Shown: positions 27,736 to 38,674 of the stretch, piece by piece
Position numbering within the stretch: the stretch's first letter is position 1
Layout: every line of letters starts with the position of its first letter
Position numbers and translations under genes: made by a program
The notes under the pieces: model-generated
What the model was told of the DNA's origin: nothing
What the model saw: only the letters and a program-made list of their open reading frames with translations
Databases searched by the model: none
Origin: a virus
Direction: 5' to 3' (one strand)
Virus record (IMG/VR): IMGVR_UViG_3300028844_006431
Location: 1 to 64,000 of that record
DNA length: 64,000 bases

Positions 27736-30700
27736 CTAATCTAACTCAATATATTCAAATTCAACATTTCTTAAGAAATACGCATCAAGTAATCTTGGAG
27801 GTGATGAGAGTGGCTTATCTAAGCTCAACACAAATGTTCCGTCATCTGTTTCAGTCACCGAAGCAGCATCGACAATATGATTACTATTCACACTTATATT
27901 TACTGGAGAAGAACCAATCTCATGCGTGAATTCAGTAGCATTCATCAAATAGTTAAATTCATAATAAGATGCTGATGTTCCTTTACCACCAAAAATCATT
28001 GTCCTTGGATCCGATACAGTTGAGTATATAATACTATTCGCATTTACTGATCCATCCATGAATACATGCTTGAAGTATTTTGCCCAGTATTCAACAATAG
28101 GTCCGTTTGTTGCTGTTAGATATAAATCTGGATTTACATCATAAGAATGGAAAAATTTGTTTGCTTCTGAGAAACCATAAGAGCCATTTTTCAAAACTTT
28201 AAATCTTGAAGAATCAATTACTTCCTCAACACGAACTTGTAAACCACAATGACTATAATCATATTCATTGAGATGAGGGCTTTCAAAATGTGATACGCAA
28301 TCACCAAAAGGATCATCATATGAATGATGAGGTTCTTCTTTTACTTTACGAATCGTTAGAACATCTCCAGGAGAATATCCATTTGAAATGGAATCATCAT
28401 TCTCAAGAGTTTCAAGAACAATATAAGGATCTGTTCCATCTGTGAAAGTGACCTGTCCATTTTCTTTTTGATTTAGAATTTCTTCAATCGCTTCGAAGTG
28501 TTCTTCATATATAAGCTGACCTAAATCCTTTCCTTTGCTCTGTAGAAACGCTTGAAATAAATTATAGTCATAGGCTTCCATGAATTTTTCAACACCTTTT
28601 TTCACATTGAAAACTGGTTTAGCAGAGAGTCCTGTTGGTGCTTTTGTGAAATCATTTCGATTATGATGATATAAAATTGCTCTTGAGGGGTAATTTGCTA
28701 GAGCATTGGGTTCAATAGCAGGAGGAATATAGAAAGTTGGGCTATCTTCATTATAAGCATTTGTTGTTGTATTGTATAATCGGAATTGACCAACACCTTC
28801 AATATCAAATCCATTCAAATACATAGCAGGTGAAGGTTCTTGAGATTCAATGTTAAATCCAATGCGATTGACCGTACCTTCAAATCTTTCACCGTAATTA
28901 TAGTCTGGTGTAATTTGAATGGTTGTTTGACTATCTACCGAAGATACTTTATGATATATTTTAAATTCAGGTAACGCTCCTGAGATACCAACATTTGATG
29001 AACGAGAAAACTTTTCAAAACGAGTGAGTGTTACTCCTTGTTGACCCGCATTGATCGCAACATTATCAGTTCGATAAACACCTTTCAACCGGTTTCCTTC
29101 AATTGCTTGAAAACGATATTTTACACCATTGATTTGAATTAAATCACCCACTTCATAAAAATCAGAAACAAATCGTCCTGAATCTAAGTTTGGAAATTCT
29201 ATTTGTGAAATATAATTATTGATTGTATCTGGATAAAGATTGACTGTATCAGTTCTTTCTTTGAGTAAGTCAAGCATACCAAATTTGAGAGGTCTAATAC
29301 CGGCAATTCTATAAGTAGCATCATAAGTAATTGTATACCCATCAATTAATGTTTGTTGTTCCGAAGGATGTACTACTTGGTCAGTTAAGATATATTCCAT
29401 ATCAGCAATTTGAACACGAATATCATTATGATATTTCTTTGTAAAATCTGTTCCTGAATAGTATATTGTATGTCCGCCCATCGTATAGAAAGTACCACCT
29501 ACATATCTTGTGGGGAAAACAATTTCTATAATATTACCTACTTTAAGTTCATCTTCAAATCTTGTATTTGTTCCTGTAACAGGGTCTCTTTGATACATTA
29601 CAGAACCGGAATAAACAACATCACCTAAGCCAGTTCCTCTTGCGAGAAGATCGTAAGAACTTGCAGTATTACCTGTGAATGTAAAGGTATTACCTGAATC
29701 ATCTTCTCCTTCACCTTCCCACTTTGTTGGATTATATTCAACATCAATGTGAAGTAAATCGTCTTCATCATCAGTTACAAGAGTAAATGTTGTATTTGAA
29801 TCAATAATAACAGTATCTCCAGGACCTGTATCATCTCCTGGTCCTGGAGTAAAGGTTGGTTTACCTGGGCCACCAATTGGATTACGAATTGTTCCTGTTC
29901 CTGGATCACCAGGAGAAACTTCAGTAAATCCCGTAAGAGCAAAACGATTTTGTATAATGACTCTTTCTCCATCTACAGGTGAACCATCCATCACCATACG
30001 AAGTCTCAATGGCTTAGGTTGAATATCTTTTAGATAAGGGAATCCGTTATTTGGTGTGTTATATGGATATTGATTAGTTCCATAAGGTATAAGAATATTC
30101 AAGTCAGGTCGGTCTAAAGCACCTGTTGAAATGTCTGTAGATGATACACAATTCTCTGTATCAGGTATGTTTCTCAATAAACTACATTTCATGTATGGCA
30201 GCCAGGGTAGGTCAGGATCATTTCCACCATCACGATATTTAGGAATAAATGAAGTCAATGGTAGCTCAAGTTTATTTGATGCTGTAAATGCTACTGATGT
30301 GCCATTCACTACAGCATAGGCTTCACCTTCCATGTTGATTGCTTGAACAAGAATACTTTGCGTTTCACGGCTTGGTGAATCAACATAATAGTTGAAAGCA
30401 AATTTAGCAAAGTTACCACCACCTTTGAGGTCTGTTGACTCAGCACCTGTTGACCAAAATTGCTTTCCTGCTCCTGCTATACCATTCCATGATGAAACAT
30501 AAATGTCATTGATACGACTGGCAAATGTTCCGCTAGTTTGTTTATAACTATAGCTCGAAGCATTATTCATAATCCAAGTACCTATTGAATCACGATTTAT
30601 ATTACCACTATAACCGGCATTCATTGGTGAGACTGAAAATACACCACCTGAAAAATTGTTAAAGAAAGAAGGTGCTACAATATCAGGATTGTCTGTAATT

Positions 30701-31248
30701 TTTTGACTACCAATTGTAATTGCTGAAAAAGGATCTGATCCTACCGTTGAAGCAGAAGTAACACCTGCGGCAGGAAAAGCTTGCTGAATCATTTGTAAGG
30801 CATTATCACTACTTTGATACCCACCAATAATTGCGTAAGATTGTGAACCCGTGTTCATATAAGAATCTTCAACTAGAACAAGTGCTACATTTTTTGATCC
30901 AGTTGGTTCAATTTTATCTTGCCATGGCAAAGCACCTAACATATTGAAACGATAGATGTAACGATTGATTTCACCTTCTTCTGTGATATCGTGTTGAAGT
31001 CCTCTTAGAAATGCTCTTTTCATTCCAAGGGCTGTACATACACGAAGAATTTCAGATACTTCCGTGAAATCATGACTTCTCATTTCTTCAATAAGAAAAT
31101 TCGCATTATCAATGATTGTTTTTCTCATTTGCTGAATAGCAGGTGGTGCTTGAAGAAGTTGTTGCTTTAGAACTTTTTTCTTCTGAGCAAGACCTATATT
31201 ACCTCCGCCTGCTCCTACGGCAGTGGGTGGTTGAGAAGCTGATGCCAT
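27736..31248 (-). CDS. Large structural protein (1170 aa), fibre or baseplate-appendage like
   Basis: Repeated GT.F...L.VG(D/N).I motifs seen in virion beta-barrel repeats; PG-rich linker. Confidence 0.55.
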   Translation of the reverse strand: MASASQPPTAVGAGGGNIGLAQKKKVLKQQLLQAPPAIQQMRKTIIDNANFLIEEMRSHDFTEVSEILRVCTALGMKRAFLRGLQHDITEEGEINRYIYRFNMLGALPWQDKIEPTGSKNVALVLVEDSYMNTGSQSYAIIGGYQSSDNALQMIQQAFPAAGVTSASTVGSDPFSAITIGSQKITDNPDIVAPSFFNNFSGGVFSVSPMNAGYSGNINRDSIGTWIMNNASSYSYKQTSGTFASRINDIYVSSWNGIAGAGKQFWSTGAESTDLKGGGNFAKFAFNYYVDSPSRETQSILVQAINMEGEAYAVVNGTSVAFTASNKLELPLTSFIPKYRDGGNDPDLPWLPYMKCSLLRNIPDTENCVSSTDISTGALDRPDLNILIPYGTNQYPYNTPNNGFPYLKDIQPKPLRLRMVMDGSPVDGERVIIQNRFALTGFTEVSPGDPGTGTIRNPIGGPGKPTFTPGPGDDTGPGDTVIIDSNTTFTLVTDDEDDLLHIDVEYNPTKWEGEGEDDSGNTFTFTGNTASSYDLLARGTGLGDVVYSGSVMYQRDPVTGTNTRFEDELKVGNIIEIVFPTRYVGGTFYTMGGHTIYYSGTDFTKKYHNDIRVQIADMEYILTDQVVHPSEQQTLIDGYTITYDATYRIAGIRPLKFGMLDLLKERTDTVNLYPDTINNYISQIEFPNLDSGRFVSDFYEVGDLIQINGVKYRFQAIEGNRLKGVYRTDNVAINAGQQGVTLTRFEKFSRSSNVGISGALPEFKIYHKVSSVDSQTTIQITPDYNYGERFEGTVNRIGFNIESQEPSPAMYLNGFDIEGVGQFRLYNTTTNAYNEDSPTFYIPPAIEPNALANYPSRAILYHHNRNDFTKAPTGLSAKPVFNVKKGVEKFMEAYDYNLFQAFLQSKGKDLGQLIYEEHFEAIEEILNQKENGQVTFTDGTDPYIVLETLENDDSISNGYSPGDVLTIRKVKEEPHHSYDDPFGDCVSHFESPHLNEYDYSHCGLQVRVEEVIDSSRFKVLKNGSYGFSEANKFFHSYDVNPDLYLTATNGPIVEYWAKYFKHVFMDGSVNANSIIYSTVSDPRTMIFGGKGTSASYYEFNYLMNATEFTHEIGSSPVNISVNSNHIVDAASVTETDDGTFVLSLDKPLSSPPRLLDAYFLRNVEFEYIELD

Positions 31249-31260
31249 AATAAATTCCTA

Positions 31261-31728
31261 TTAGATAAATGGTCCGGGGTAAGGTATGAATAAAGTCTTC
31301 GGATCAGAAACTGTAATTACAATCGATGTTGCTTGTAAATGAATAGCATTTGCGAGTTCAATTGAAAATGGAACCGAATTCAAATTGAATTTACGAGCAG
31401 CCGCTACTACTGAAGGAAGCATAACAAGACCAGGAGAAACAGCATTTACTTGAAACACTGTATATAATCCCATCAATCCTTGCCAAACAGCCATTGAAAA
31501 TTTTAAAGCAAAGATTTCAGGAATTAGATTTGGTGTACGAAAACATTCGATCATTTGACCGTAAGGAAATCCCCAGCATACGAAAGATCCAAAAGCTGCA
31601 TTATTTCCTGTAGATAGATAATTTGTAATATTATTTACAACTCGTACACCAATGATAGATGGATCAGGTGTGGGTGTTGCAAAAGCTGAAATAAATTCAG
31701 GATACATCACTGCGGGGGCTAAAGCCAT
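31261..31728 (-). CDS. Small hypothetical protein immediately downstream of the spike gene
   Basis: 155 aa, hydrophobic, ELANAIH motif; no PAAR motif. Confidence 0.55.
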   Translation of the reverse strand: MALAPAVMYPEFISAFATPTPDPSIIGVRVVNNITNYLSTGNNAAFGSFVCWGFPYGQMIECFRTPNLIPEIFALKFSMAVWQGLMGLYTVFQVNAVSPGLVMLPSVVAAARKFNLNSVPFSIELANAIHLQATSIVITVSDPKTLFIPYPGPFI

Positions 31729-31729
31729 A

Positions 31730-33811
31730 TCAAAATACCATTGTTTTTAAACATAAAGATTGAGCAACCCAAGTTGCTAACATAGGATTTGTAATTAAGT
31801 CTACGGGCGTTGTTGGTCCCATTGCTGTAAGATGAGTGTGTGACCAAAAGGCTTTGAGAAAAGAAGGACCTTTCAAAGCAGGCTCACAAGCAGCATGAGA
31901 ACCCAAACGAACTGCTCCACCAATTGAAGCAATTGAAGTATCAACACCTGAAGTCATTCTTGTTGCTGTACCAGAAAAAGCATGTAATTCTGTTTCTGAA
32001 TAAATGACTGTTGCTGCTACTGAGTGTGTAAGCACAGCAGCATTCGCATGAACCATAAAGTTGACAGCAGCATTATTAATAATGTTTGATGCTGTTGAAG
32101 TTTGAACAATCAATCCTCCAGTTTCTTCAATCATACCCATCGGTGTTGTTCTTGTGCGAACACTGTTTAAGAATTTAGCTTCTGAAACAATGTCACCAAA
32201 ATAGGATTGCCAATAAATATATCCTGTTTTTGTCTGACCAACAATACTTCCTGGATGTGTTGGGTGAACTTCAATCATAGGTGATGGTTGCTGTTGAGCA
32301 ATCGAAGCGATTGAAGTAGGTAGAGCAGATGTAACTGTGAGTGATGCTGTATCAAAAACCCATCCTTTACCTCTTGCTGAAATTCTTGTATCACCATCCA
32401 TTGCGTTCATTTCAATGTGACCATGTGATGCTGTTACCTCAACCGCATTTGGAAAAGGTATGTAGAAAGGTAACATTGTAAAGGTATTCTCAGCATGAAT
32501 CGCAACTGTATGACCAGCACTCACATGTATGTTATCACCAGCACCCCAAGTTGAATTCATTTTTGAATTGAATCGTATCGATCCAGCAGTCATATCATAT
32601 AGACCACCCGCATCAATGCGATAATTATTTTCAATTTCGTTTATTTGGTCACCAGAATTGATTTGAAATAAGGATGGTGTGACTTGAAGAATACGATTCA
32701 ATGCTTCATGCTTGAGAGAATTTGTAACAAAAGTTGTTTCACCTGTTGGAACTTTGATTGTAAAATTACCCTCTTCTACAGTTAAATTATAATTCGCAGA
32801 ACCTGCTACTCTTACTTCGTAGTCTTCTCCACCAAAATTTCCAGCATTGACTAAGAGAGCAGCACCTTTACGATATGTTTCATACTTTGATCCTTTAGTA
32901 TATTCAAAACTATCTGCTTCAACAATATCATATTTCTCATTCATTGTTTGAGAAACTAATTTACCATCAGGATGTATTTCACGAAAGGTTCCTGAGCGAT
33001 GATATTCATGAATTCTTTCCGCCTTTGGTGTATCATCATACTCAATGATATGACCAGACTCTGTTTCTTGTACATGATTAAATGGATATACAGCATTATA
33101 AGGAGATGTTGGTTGATTGTAACTTACTCCTTTGCGAGATGTTTGAATATTTCTTGTTTCATTTAGATACTTTGAAAGCATCGGTTCTTTCATCGCCTTA
33201 TTTGTTTCAGCGATTGTTGAAACAGAAGCACTTTCTTCATCTAAAAAAATATTACGATCTTGAACACCTCTCGCAAGTTTAGGAACAGTTGAATATTCTT
33301 GGCTCTCTGTTCTTGGATATCTTTCAACATAATCATCTTCTTCAATTTCAGCACCTAGACGGTCTTTATCCTTACGAATATTGACCGGAGGTGAGGGAAA
33401 GCCTCGATTTTCAAGATGATGTTCTTCACGAACATCTTTGAATCCGTAAGCAAACCAATCAGGAGCATCTTCTGGATTCAGCTTATCTGGTGTGTGAGCA
33501 TAACCACCAATTGAACCAATCACTAAAGGTTGTTGAGCTTCTTCTCCATCAATGAAAAATCCTACAACCCAAGAACCCTCAACAATACCTGTTGGACTTT
33601 GACCCACATCTGTTTGTGCTGCTGATGTCACTGGCTGCATCACCATTGCCCATGGCAAATCTTCAGTTGGTATTTCAAAACGATTTGGTGTGTGATGTCC
33701 AAAACAACGAACACGAACACGACCTAAAAAATTTGGATCCATTCGATCTTCAACAACACCAAAGAACCAAACTAAATTTTGTCCAAAGTTTAATTTATTC
33801 AGGTCAAACAT
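31730..33811 (-). CDS. gp5: Baseplate central spike, T4 gp5-like (OB fold plus beta-helix, no lysozyme domain)
   Basis: WFFGVVEDRMDP..LGRVRVRCFG, LPWA, WVVGFF.DG, YPFNHVQETESGH..EYDDTP..ERI; C-terminal HTH. Confidence 0.93.
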   Translation of the reverse strand: MFDLNKLNFGQNLVWFFGVVEDRMDPNFLGRVRVRCFGHHTPNRFEIPTEDLPWAMVMQPVTSAAQTDVGQSPTGIVEGSWVVGFFIDGEEAQQPLVIGSIGGYAHTPDKLNPEDAPDWFAYGFKDVREEHHLENRGFPSPPVNIRKDKDRLGAEIEEDDYVERYPRTESQEYSTVPKLARGVQDRNIFLDEESASVSTIAETNKAMKEPMLSKYLNETRNIQTSRKGVSYNQPTSPYNAVYPFNHVQETESGHIIEYDDTPKAERIHEYHRSGTFREIHPDGKLVSQTMNEKYDIVEADSFEYTKGSKYETYRKGAALLVNAGNFGGEDYEVRVAGSANYNLTVEEGNFTIKVPTGETTFVTNSLKHEALNRILQVTPSLFQINSGDQINEIENNYRIDAGGLYDMTAGSIRFNSKMNSTWGAGDNIHVSAGHTVAIHAENTFTMLPFYIPFPNAVEVTASHGHIEMNAMDGDTRISARGKGWVFDTASLTVTSALPTSIASIAQQQPSPMIEVHPTHPGSIVGQTKTGYIYWQSYFGDIVSEAKFLNSVRTRTTPMGMIEETGGLIVQTSTASNIINNAAVNFMVHANAAVLTHSVAATVIYSETELHAFSGTATRMTSGVDTSIASIGGAVRLGSHAACEPALKGPSFLKAFWSHTHLTAMGPTTPVDLITNPMLATWVAQSLCLKTMVF

Positions 33812-35406
33812 TATACATTTTTATTTGTAGAGTTAATGAGTTGAACTTCAAGTTTTCTTAGTCTTGTTGCTAAGTTATAATCGTTTATAATCTCAGATGA
33901 AAGAATTGAAGTTCTTACAATATCTTGCTCTCGTTCTAAATCTAAATCTTTTGAGTTGACTTTGATTCCAATTTCATTTGATTTCTTTTTATCAGCAATA
34001 TCAAATCGATAATTTGTTGAAATCGAATCAGTGACCATTTCAACGAGAATACGATATTTACTATCTAGACTTACATTATGATGAATTCTTGTTACCATGT
34101 ATTTACCCGACAAATATAAATCACCTTCGGTATCCTGATGACGAGGAACATGAAAATGAACAAGGTCACCTACAGAAAGTCTACCTGAGCTATCACCAGC
34201 TAATTCAACTTGAACAACTAAAGCATCTAATTGAGCTTGCATGCTCATTCGTCTTTGATACATTTCTTTGCGATGGTCTGAATAATCTTGAGATTCAGGA
34301 TCGCCCGAATGAAACATTACAAGTTCATTGATTGTTGCTGGTGCTTCATTTTTAGGATCATGTAGAACATCACTATTTCGAGTTGTCAGTAAATAACCAT
34401 CGTTGTTTATATGATGTTGTTTTGACGCCTCATCTTGATAATAATAAGATTTTGTTTCAAACTTTCTTTTCTCTATATCAACATATGAAACTTCAGAAGA
34501 ATACATTCCTCTTGACATGTTTTGTAAAACATCAAATCTTTTAACTACTTTATAATCATAAACAATATTCCAAGAAAATTCAAATTCTTGACTTTTATCT
34601 TGAGAATCTTTTGGTATATAATATATTTTTTTTACATAATCATCATTTTTTGGTTTATTCTTAAAGATATCTTCGAGGCTTACAAATCGAAAACGATTAA
34701 TATCTTGAAAGAAAAAGAATAAAGAACCAGAAGGTGAAAGATTTCTTTTACATAATTTATTGATTACACGAAATGGTGAAAGACTTGGCGCAATATATTT
34801 CTCAATGTAAGGTGTTGTAGTTTCAACTGAATAATAATTATTATTCACATCTTTATTTTTTGATAAGTATCCACCACTATCAGTTGTTTTTACAGTTTGT
34901 TCATTGACTAAACCTAATTTTTTCTCACACAAATAAGCAACTACATGAGACAATTTACTTTTTGGAAAAGACATCGAAATCTTTTGTTTTTGATTTCGAA
35001 GAGCAACCTCTGAAATTAGATGTAAAGTATACATCTTTGTTTCTTCATTGATTTTTTCAATATTACTAATACTCGTTACACGAAACTTTAGTTCAATTGC
35101 AATTGCTGTATTCATTGAACGAAAAACAACATATAAAGTTTCTTCACCAATAAAAGGAAAATCAGTAAGTAAATTATTACCATCAATCAGTGTAATTGTA
35201 CCCGATAAACAATTTGAATATAAATCCTCATAGATACTAAAATTTTCAAAAATAAAATCAAGAGAAATCTTTTTCTGTAAAAAAGGCGCTGTTTCATCGC
35301 CTGAAAAGATCTTTGGTGTTTCAATAGTAAGAGCAATTAATTCGTAATCACCTATTTGATCTGGAAATAAATCACTTTTTAAAGTTTTATTAAAAACTCT
35401 TCTCAT
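33811..35406 (-). CDS. Baseplate hub protein (gp27-like)
   Basis: FSIYEDLYS..LSGTITLID...PFIGEE, FFFFQD and LSGKYMVTRIHH; position between gp53 and gp5. Confidence 0.68.
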   Translation of the reverse strand: MRRVFNKTLKSDLFPDQIGDYELIALTIETPKIFSGDETAPFLQKKISLDFIFENFSIYEDLYSNCLSGTITLIDGNNLLTDFPFIGEETLYVVFRSMNTAIAIELKFRVTSISNIEKINEETKMYTLHLISEVALRNQKQKISMSFPKSKLSHVVAYLCEKKLGLVNEQTVKTTDSGGYLSKNKDVNNNYYSVETTTPYIEKYIAPSLSPFRVINKLCKRNLSPSGSLFFFFQDINRFRFVSLEDIFKNKPKNDDYVKKIYYIPKDSQDKSQEFEFSWNIVYDYKVVKRFDVLQNMSRGMYSSEVSYVDIEKRKFETKSYYYQDEASKQHHINNDGYLLTTRNSDVLHDPKNEAPATINELVMFHSGDPESQDYSDHRKEMYQRRMSMQAQLDALVVQVELAGDSSGRLSVGDLVHFHVPRHQDTEGDLYLSGKYMVTRIHHNVSLDSKYRILVEMVTDSISTNYRFDIADKKKSNEIGIKVNSKDLDLEREQDIVRTSILSSEIINDYNLATRLRKLEVQLINSTNKNV

Positions 35407-36065
35407 AACTCAAACATTGATGATAGTTCAGAATATATACGAAATGCTACTTTTGAAGAAAATACTTTTATATTTTTCTTTTCTTCATTTTCACGAATAG
35501 CTTTTTGATATGCAGTTTCTCTTGTGGGTTTTTGTCTTTCAATTAATTGACCTTTATGTACTTGCGATGCTCTTCTTGTAACAGAAAATCCTAAATTAGT
35601 TCGCTCATTAACTGTCTGCTCACCATCTGTTTGTTTGAGAATCATGAAATTATGTGTTCTCCGTTTATATGCTAAGTTCAGTATTTCCCAACTCCTTTCG
35701 CTCACTTCATGACCAAATTCAGAATAATAATGAGCATATGTTTGATTTGAATTTTCAAGTGAACCATATTTTTGAATCAATTGAGTCTCAACAATATCAT
35801 TTGAGATCGGCCATTCATCATATATGCTGTATATCTTATTCAGTAATAAAATCATCCAAACATAATCGTATGTTCCATAAAGTTCATAAGATACTTCTTC
35901 TGGTCTTTTATCATTTTCAATTAGATAATCAAGAATAGTTAAATTATCTTTATACTTTTCAATATATTCAAAAAATTTTATACGAACAGAAATATCAATC
36001 ATTGAATATTTTTTATCGTTGGCATAAAATGTATCAAATCTTGGAAAGTCTGAAAAAAACTTCAT
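35403..36065 (-). CDS. gp53: Baseplate wedge subunit, gp53-like (LysM-like)
   Basis: FFSDFP, RPEEVSYELYGTYDYVWMILLLN, EWP, ENEEKKNIKV. Confidence 0.9.
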   Translation of the reverse strand: MKFFSDFPRFDTFYANDKKYSMIDISVRIKFFEYIEKYKDNLTILDYLIENDKRPEEVSYELYGTYDYVWMILLLNKIYSIYDEWPISNDIVETQLIQKYGSLENSNQTYAHYYSEFGHEVSERSWEILNLAYKRRTHNFMILKQTDGEQTVNERTNLGFSVTRRASQVHKGQLIERQKPTRETAYQKAIRENEEKKNIKVFSSKVAFRIYSELSSMFEL

Positions 36066-36073
36066 GTAAAACC

Positions 36074-37201
36074 TTAGTTTAGAATATGAACATCATCTAC
36101 ATGATCACGATTATAAATTACATTTTCTTGAAGTGTTAAGTTTAATGTAGTCGATGTGTAATATTTTTTACCATCTGATTCAAGAAATGAAATTTCATTA
36201 AGTCCACTATTTTCTTGATTGTTATTGTGCGAAACATCCACTCTTGTAACTACAGCAGGTAAGAACTTAAATTTCATAAACTCTTTTCCGTCAACAAAAA
36301 TTTGCATTTGAACTTTGTTTGGATAAGTAAAATGATTATTGAAATTTATTGTTTTTTCAAGTTGATCATTGTTTACAATACCTGGTAAAGAATTTTTTAG
36401 AAATGCTTTTTCAATATCACTCAATGTGATCGCATCTTGTTCTGTTTTGGGTACAAGATTCCAAGACGGATAAAAGACACGATAATACATATAGTTTTCA
36501 CCAGAAAATAATGTAGTCAAATTTGGATTATAAGCAATACCTAAATTATATGGAAAAACTTTGACAGTTGAATCTTCTGTATTTAATAAACGATTCAAAC
36601 CCCAAGCTTCTGCTAATGTTTGAAATTTAATTTCTTCATCAGACCAACCTAGTGATATTGCTTCTTTTAAACCATTTGGTGTTACACCAAATTCTCGAGC
36701 ATTTTCAAATAATACATTGTTAACAATACCCAAACGTTCAGGAACTGTTCTTGATGTTAGGTCTTCGTAAAATAATCTTCCTGGTAAAGGCATTATAATG
36801 GATGGATAAACAATCTCTGTGAACGCCTGAGTTGTTTTTAGATCCTTAAAATTTGATTTATGTCGATAAAAACTGAAGTAAATATAATTCTGTTTATAAG
36901 GAACTGTTCCCAAATCATAAGGATATTTTAACAATTTATATTCTGATTTAGGCTCAGGTTTTCCTAATGACTTAGCATTTTGTGTATATTTCTGAAGTAA
37001 TGCTTGAACCGTTTCACTCTGTTCATATTGAATTTGTCCAATAGGACTTATATTATTAGGTCTTTGATAACCAGTTGGTTCAGAAATATGTTGTGGTAAT
37101 TCAGCACCGTAACTTTTTGCCAAAGCAACAAGTTGTTTTGAGATTTTATCTTGTTCAATGAGTAACTTTTGTTGGTCTGGAGGTGTAGCTGTTAATCCCA
37201 T
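36074..37201 (-). CDS. Baseplate tail-tube cap, gp48/gp54-like
   Basis: KYPYDL, IIMPLP, YNPNLTTLFSG...R.F...WNLVPK...DA, TLNLTLQE. Confidence 0.7.
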   Translation of the reverse strand: MGLTATPPDQQKLLIEQDKISKQLVALAKSYGAELPQHISEPTGYQRPNNISPIGQIQYEQSETVQALLQKYTQNAKSLGKPEPKSEYKLLKYPYDLGTVPYKQNYIYFSFYRHKSNFKDLKTTQAFTEIVYPSIIMPLPGRLFYEDLTSRTVPERLGIVNNVLFENAREFGVTPNGLKEAISLGWSDEEIKFQTLAEAWGLNRLLNTEDSTVKVFPYNLGIAYNPNLTTLFSGENYMYYRVFYPSWNLVPKTEQDAITLSDIEKAFLKNSLPGIVNNDQLEKTINFNNHFTYPNKVQMQIFVDGKEFMKFKFLPAVVTRVDVSHNNNQENSGLNEISFLESDGKKYYTSTTLNLTLQENVIYNRDHVDDVHILN

Positions 37202-38664
37202 TACACACTCTCATATTTAACAACATGTGTTGAATTGAATTGTTTTTGTTCTCTTACCATCCAAGTTACATCATAAGAAGTGAAAAAATATTCATTATCT
37301 CCTGAAATTTGATCAGTGTGTTTGACAAAAGTATCCGCATCAGCACCACCCAAAATTGTAGAAAAACTATCTGTCATAAAAGGAAATGGAAAGTTTACAA
37401 GATGAGTAACTTCAGACATTTCTTTACCAACTTTTTCACAGACAGTAAATATAAATTCATGAGGAGCACGATAAGTTGAACTGTATAATTTATGATCGTA
37501 TTCTTTTTTCTTTGTTACATCAGACTGTTCTTGTAGAGTTTCATCTGGTCTAGTTTCATCTACAAAAGCTGCAACTTCCTCTAAAGCATATTTAAATTCA
37601 TCAACAACCGATACATCTGATAACTGAGGTAATGATGCTTTTTGAAGTTTTTTGAGAATAAGTTCAAGTACAGTTGCATCTTCATAGGTTTTTGGACGAA
37701 AGGTCCATCTTAAGATCAATTCTCTTGTAGGACCACCAATACCTTGAAACATGTTTGTGAAGTTTGGTGCTCGAGCAAAACCAGCACCTGCTCTCAATGC
37801 CTGAAAACTTTGATCTTCTGTTTTTTGAATTTGTTGTTCTAACCAAGTCGCCGGTAATTTTCCTAAGTTATCATAAAAACTTGACATACTTTCTCCCATC
37901 ACACGACCTATTTGATTCATCGTTCCTTCAAGCCCCAAGATTTTAGTCAGATTTGCATTCTCTGTTTTCAATGCTTCAGCAACAGAACCTAATTCTTCAG
38001 GACTATAAAGTAAAGAATGATTCTCTTGTAACAAACCATTAGGAACTGGTAAATAAATAATCATGTAAGGATTACGATTCTTTTCTTTTATGTTGATCGC
38101 AAAAGCTTCAATCCTCATGAAAAATTTTTGAAATTCTTCTGGGTTCGCAGGATAACTAAGTATTAAAGTTTGTTTTGGATCTTCAATTATATTCTTTGAA
38201 CCTCTTTTCATGGTGCCAGTTGGGGCAACTGACAATGTTCCAGAATCATTCGAAGTTCCTTGAGGTTGTCCATTAATTGCATCATATGTTTGTGGTCTTG
38301 CTGTTCCTCGAGGATTGACAACTTTATATTCAGTATCTGGACGATCATAGGGCCCTAAACCCTCTGCTGAAAAACCTGAACCACCTTTTAACTTCTGTTC
38401 AGCTTCTTTTATTTCATTGCGTGTGTTTTTTTCTTGAAGATATTTTTTCAAATCTTCTTGAAAAACATCTATTTTTTTTGATTCAATTTGTGGTGGTGCT
38501 TCTTCTGGAAGTTTAACTGTAGGGTTTTTACTAGTATTTGGTTGATCACCAGACCCTGAAAATCGATCCCCAACAGAACTATTATCTGATTCTAATGTAT
38601 TTTTTTTAAATAATTCTTGAATTTGTTGAGCAGTGGTTACTCTTCTAGGACCGTTATAAGCCAT
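37201..38664 (-). CDS. Baseplate tail-tube cap, gp48/gp54-like paralogue with an N-terminal extension
   Basis: IYLPVP, APNFTNMFQG...RELILRWTFRPK..EDA; same motif order as the neighbouring gene. Confidence 0.65.
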   Translation of the reverse strand: MAYNGPRRVTTAQQIQELFKKNTLESDNSSVGDRFSGSGDQPNTSKNPTVKLPEEAPPQIESKKIDVFQEDLKKYLQEKNTRNEIKEAEQKLKGGSGFSAEGLGPYDRPDTEYKVVNPRGTARPQTYDAINGQPQGTSNDSGTLSVAPTGTMKRGSKNIIEDPKQTLILSYPANPEEFQKFFMRIEAFAINIKEKNRNPYMIIYLPVPNGLLQENHSLLYSPEELGSVAEALKTENANLTKILGLEGTMNQIGRVMGESMSSFYDNLGKLPATWLEQQIQKTEDQSFQALRAGAGFARAPNFTNMFQGIGGPTRELILRWTFRPKTYEDATVLELILKKLQKASLPQLSDVSVVDEFKYALEEVAAFVDETRPDETLQEQSDVTKKKEYDHKLYSSTYRAPHEFIFTVCEKVGKEMSEVTHLVNFPFPFMTDSFSTILGGADADTFVKHTDQISGDNEYFFTSYDVTWMVREQKQFNSTHVVKYESV

Positions 38665-38674
38665 ATATAAAACT

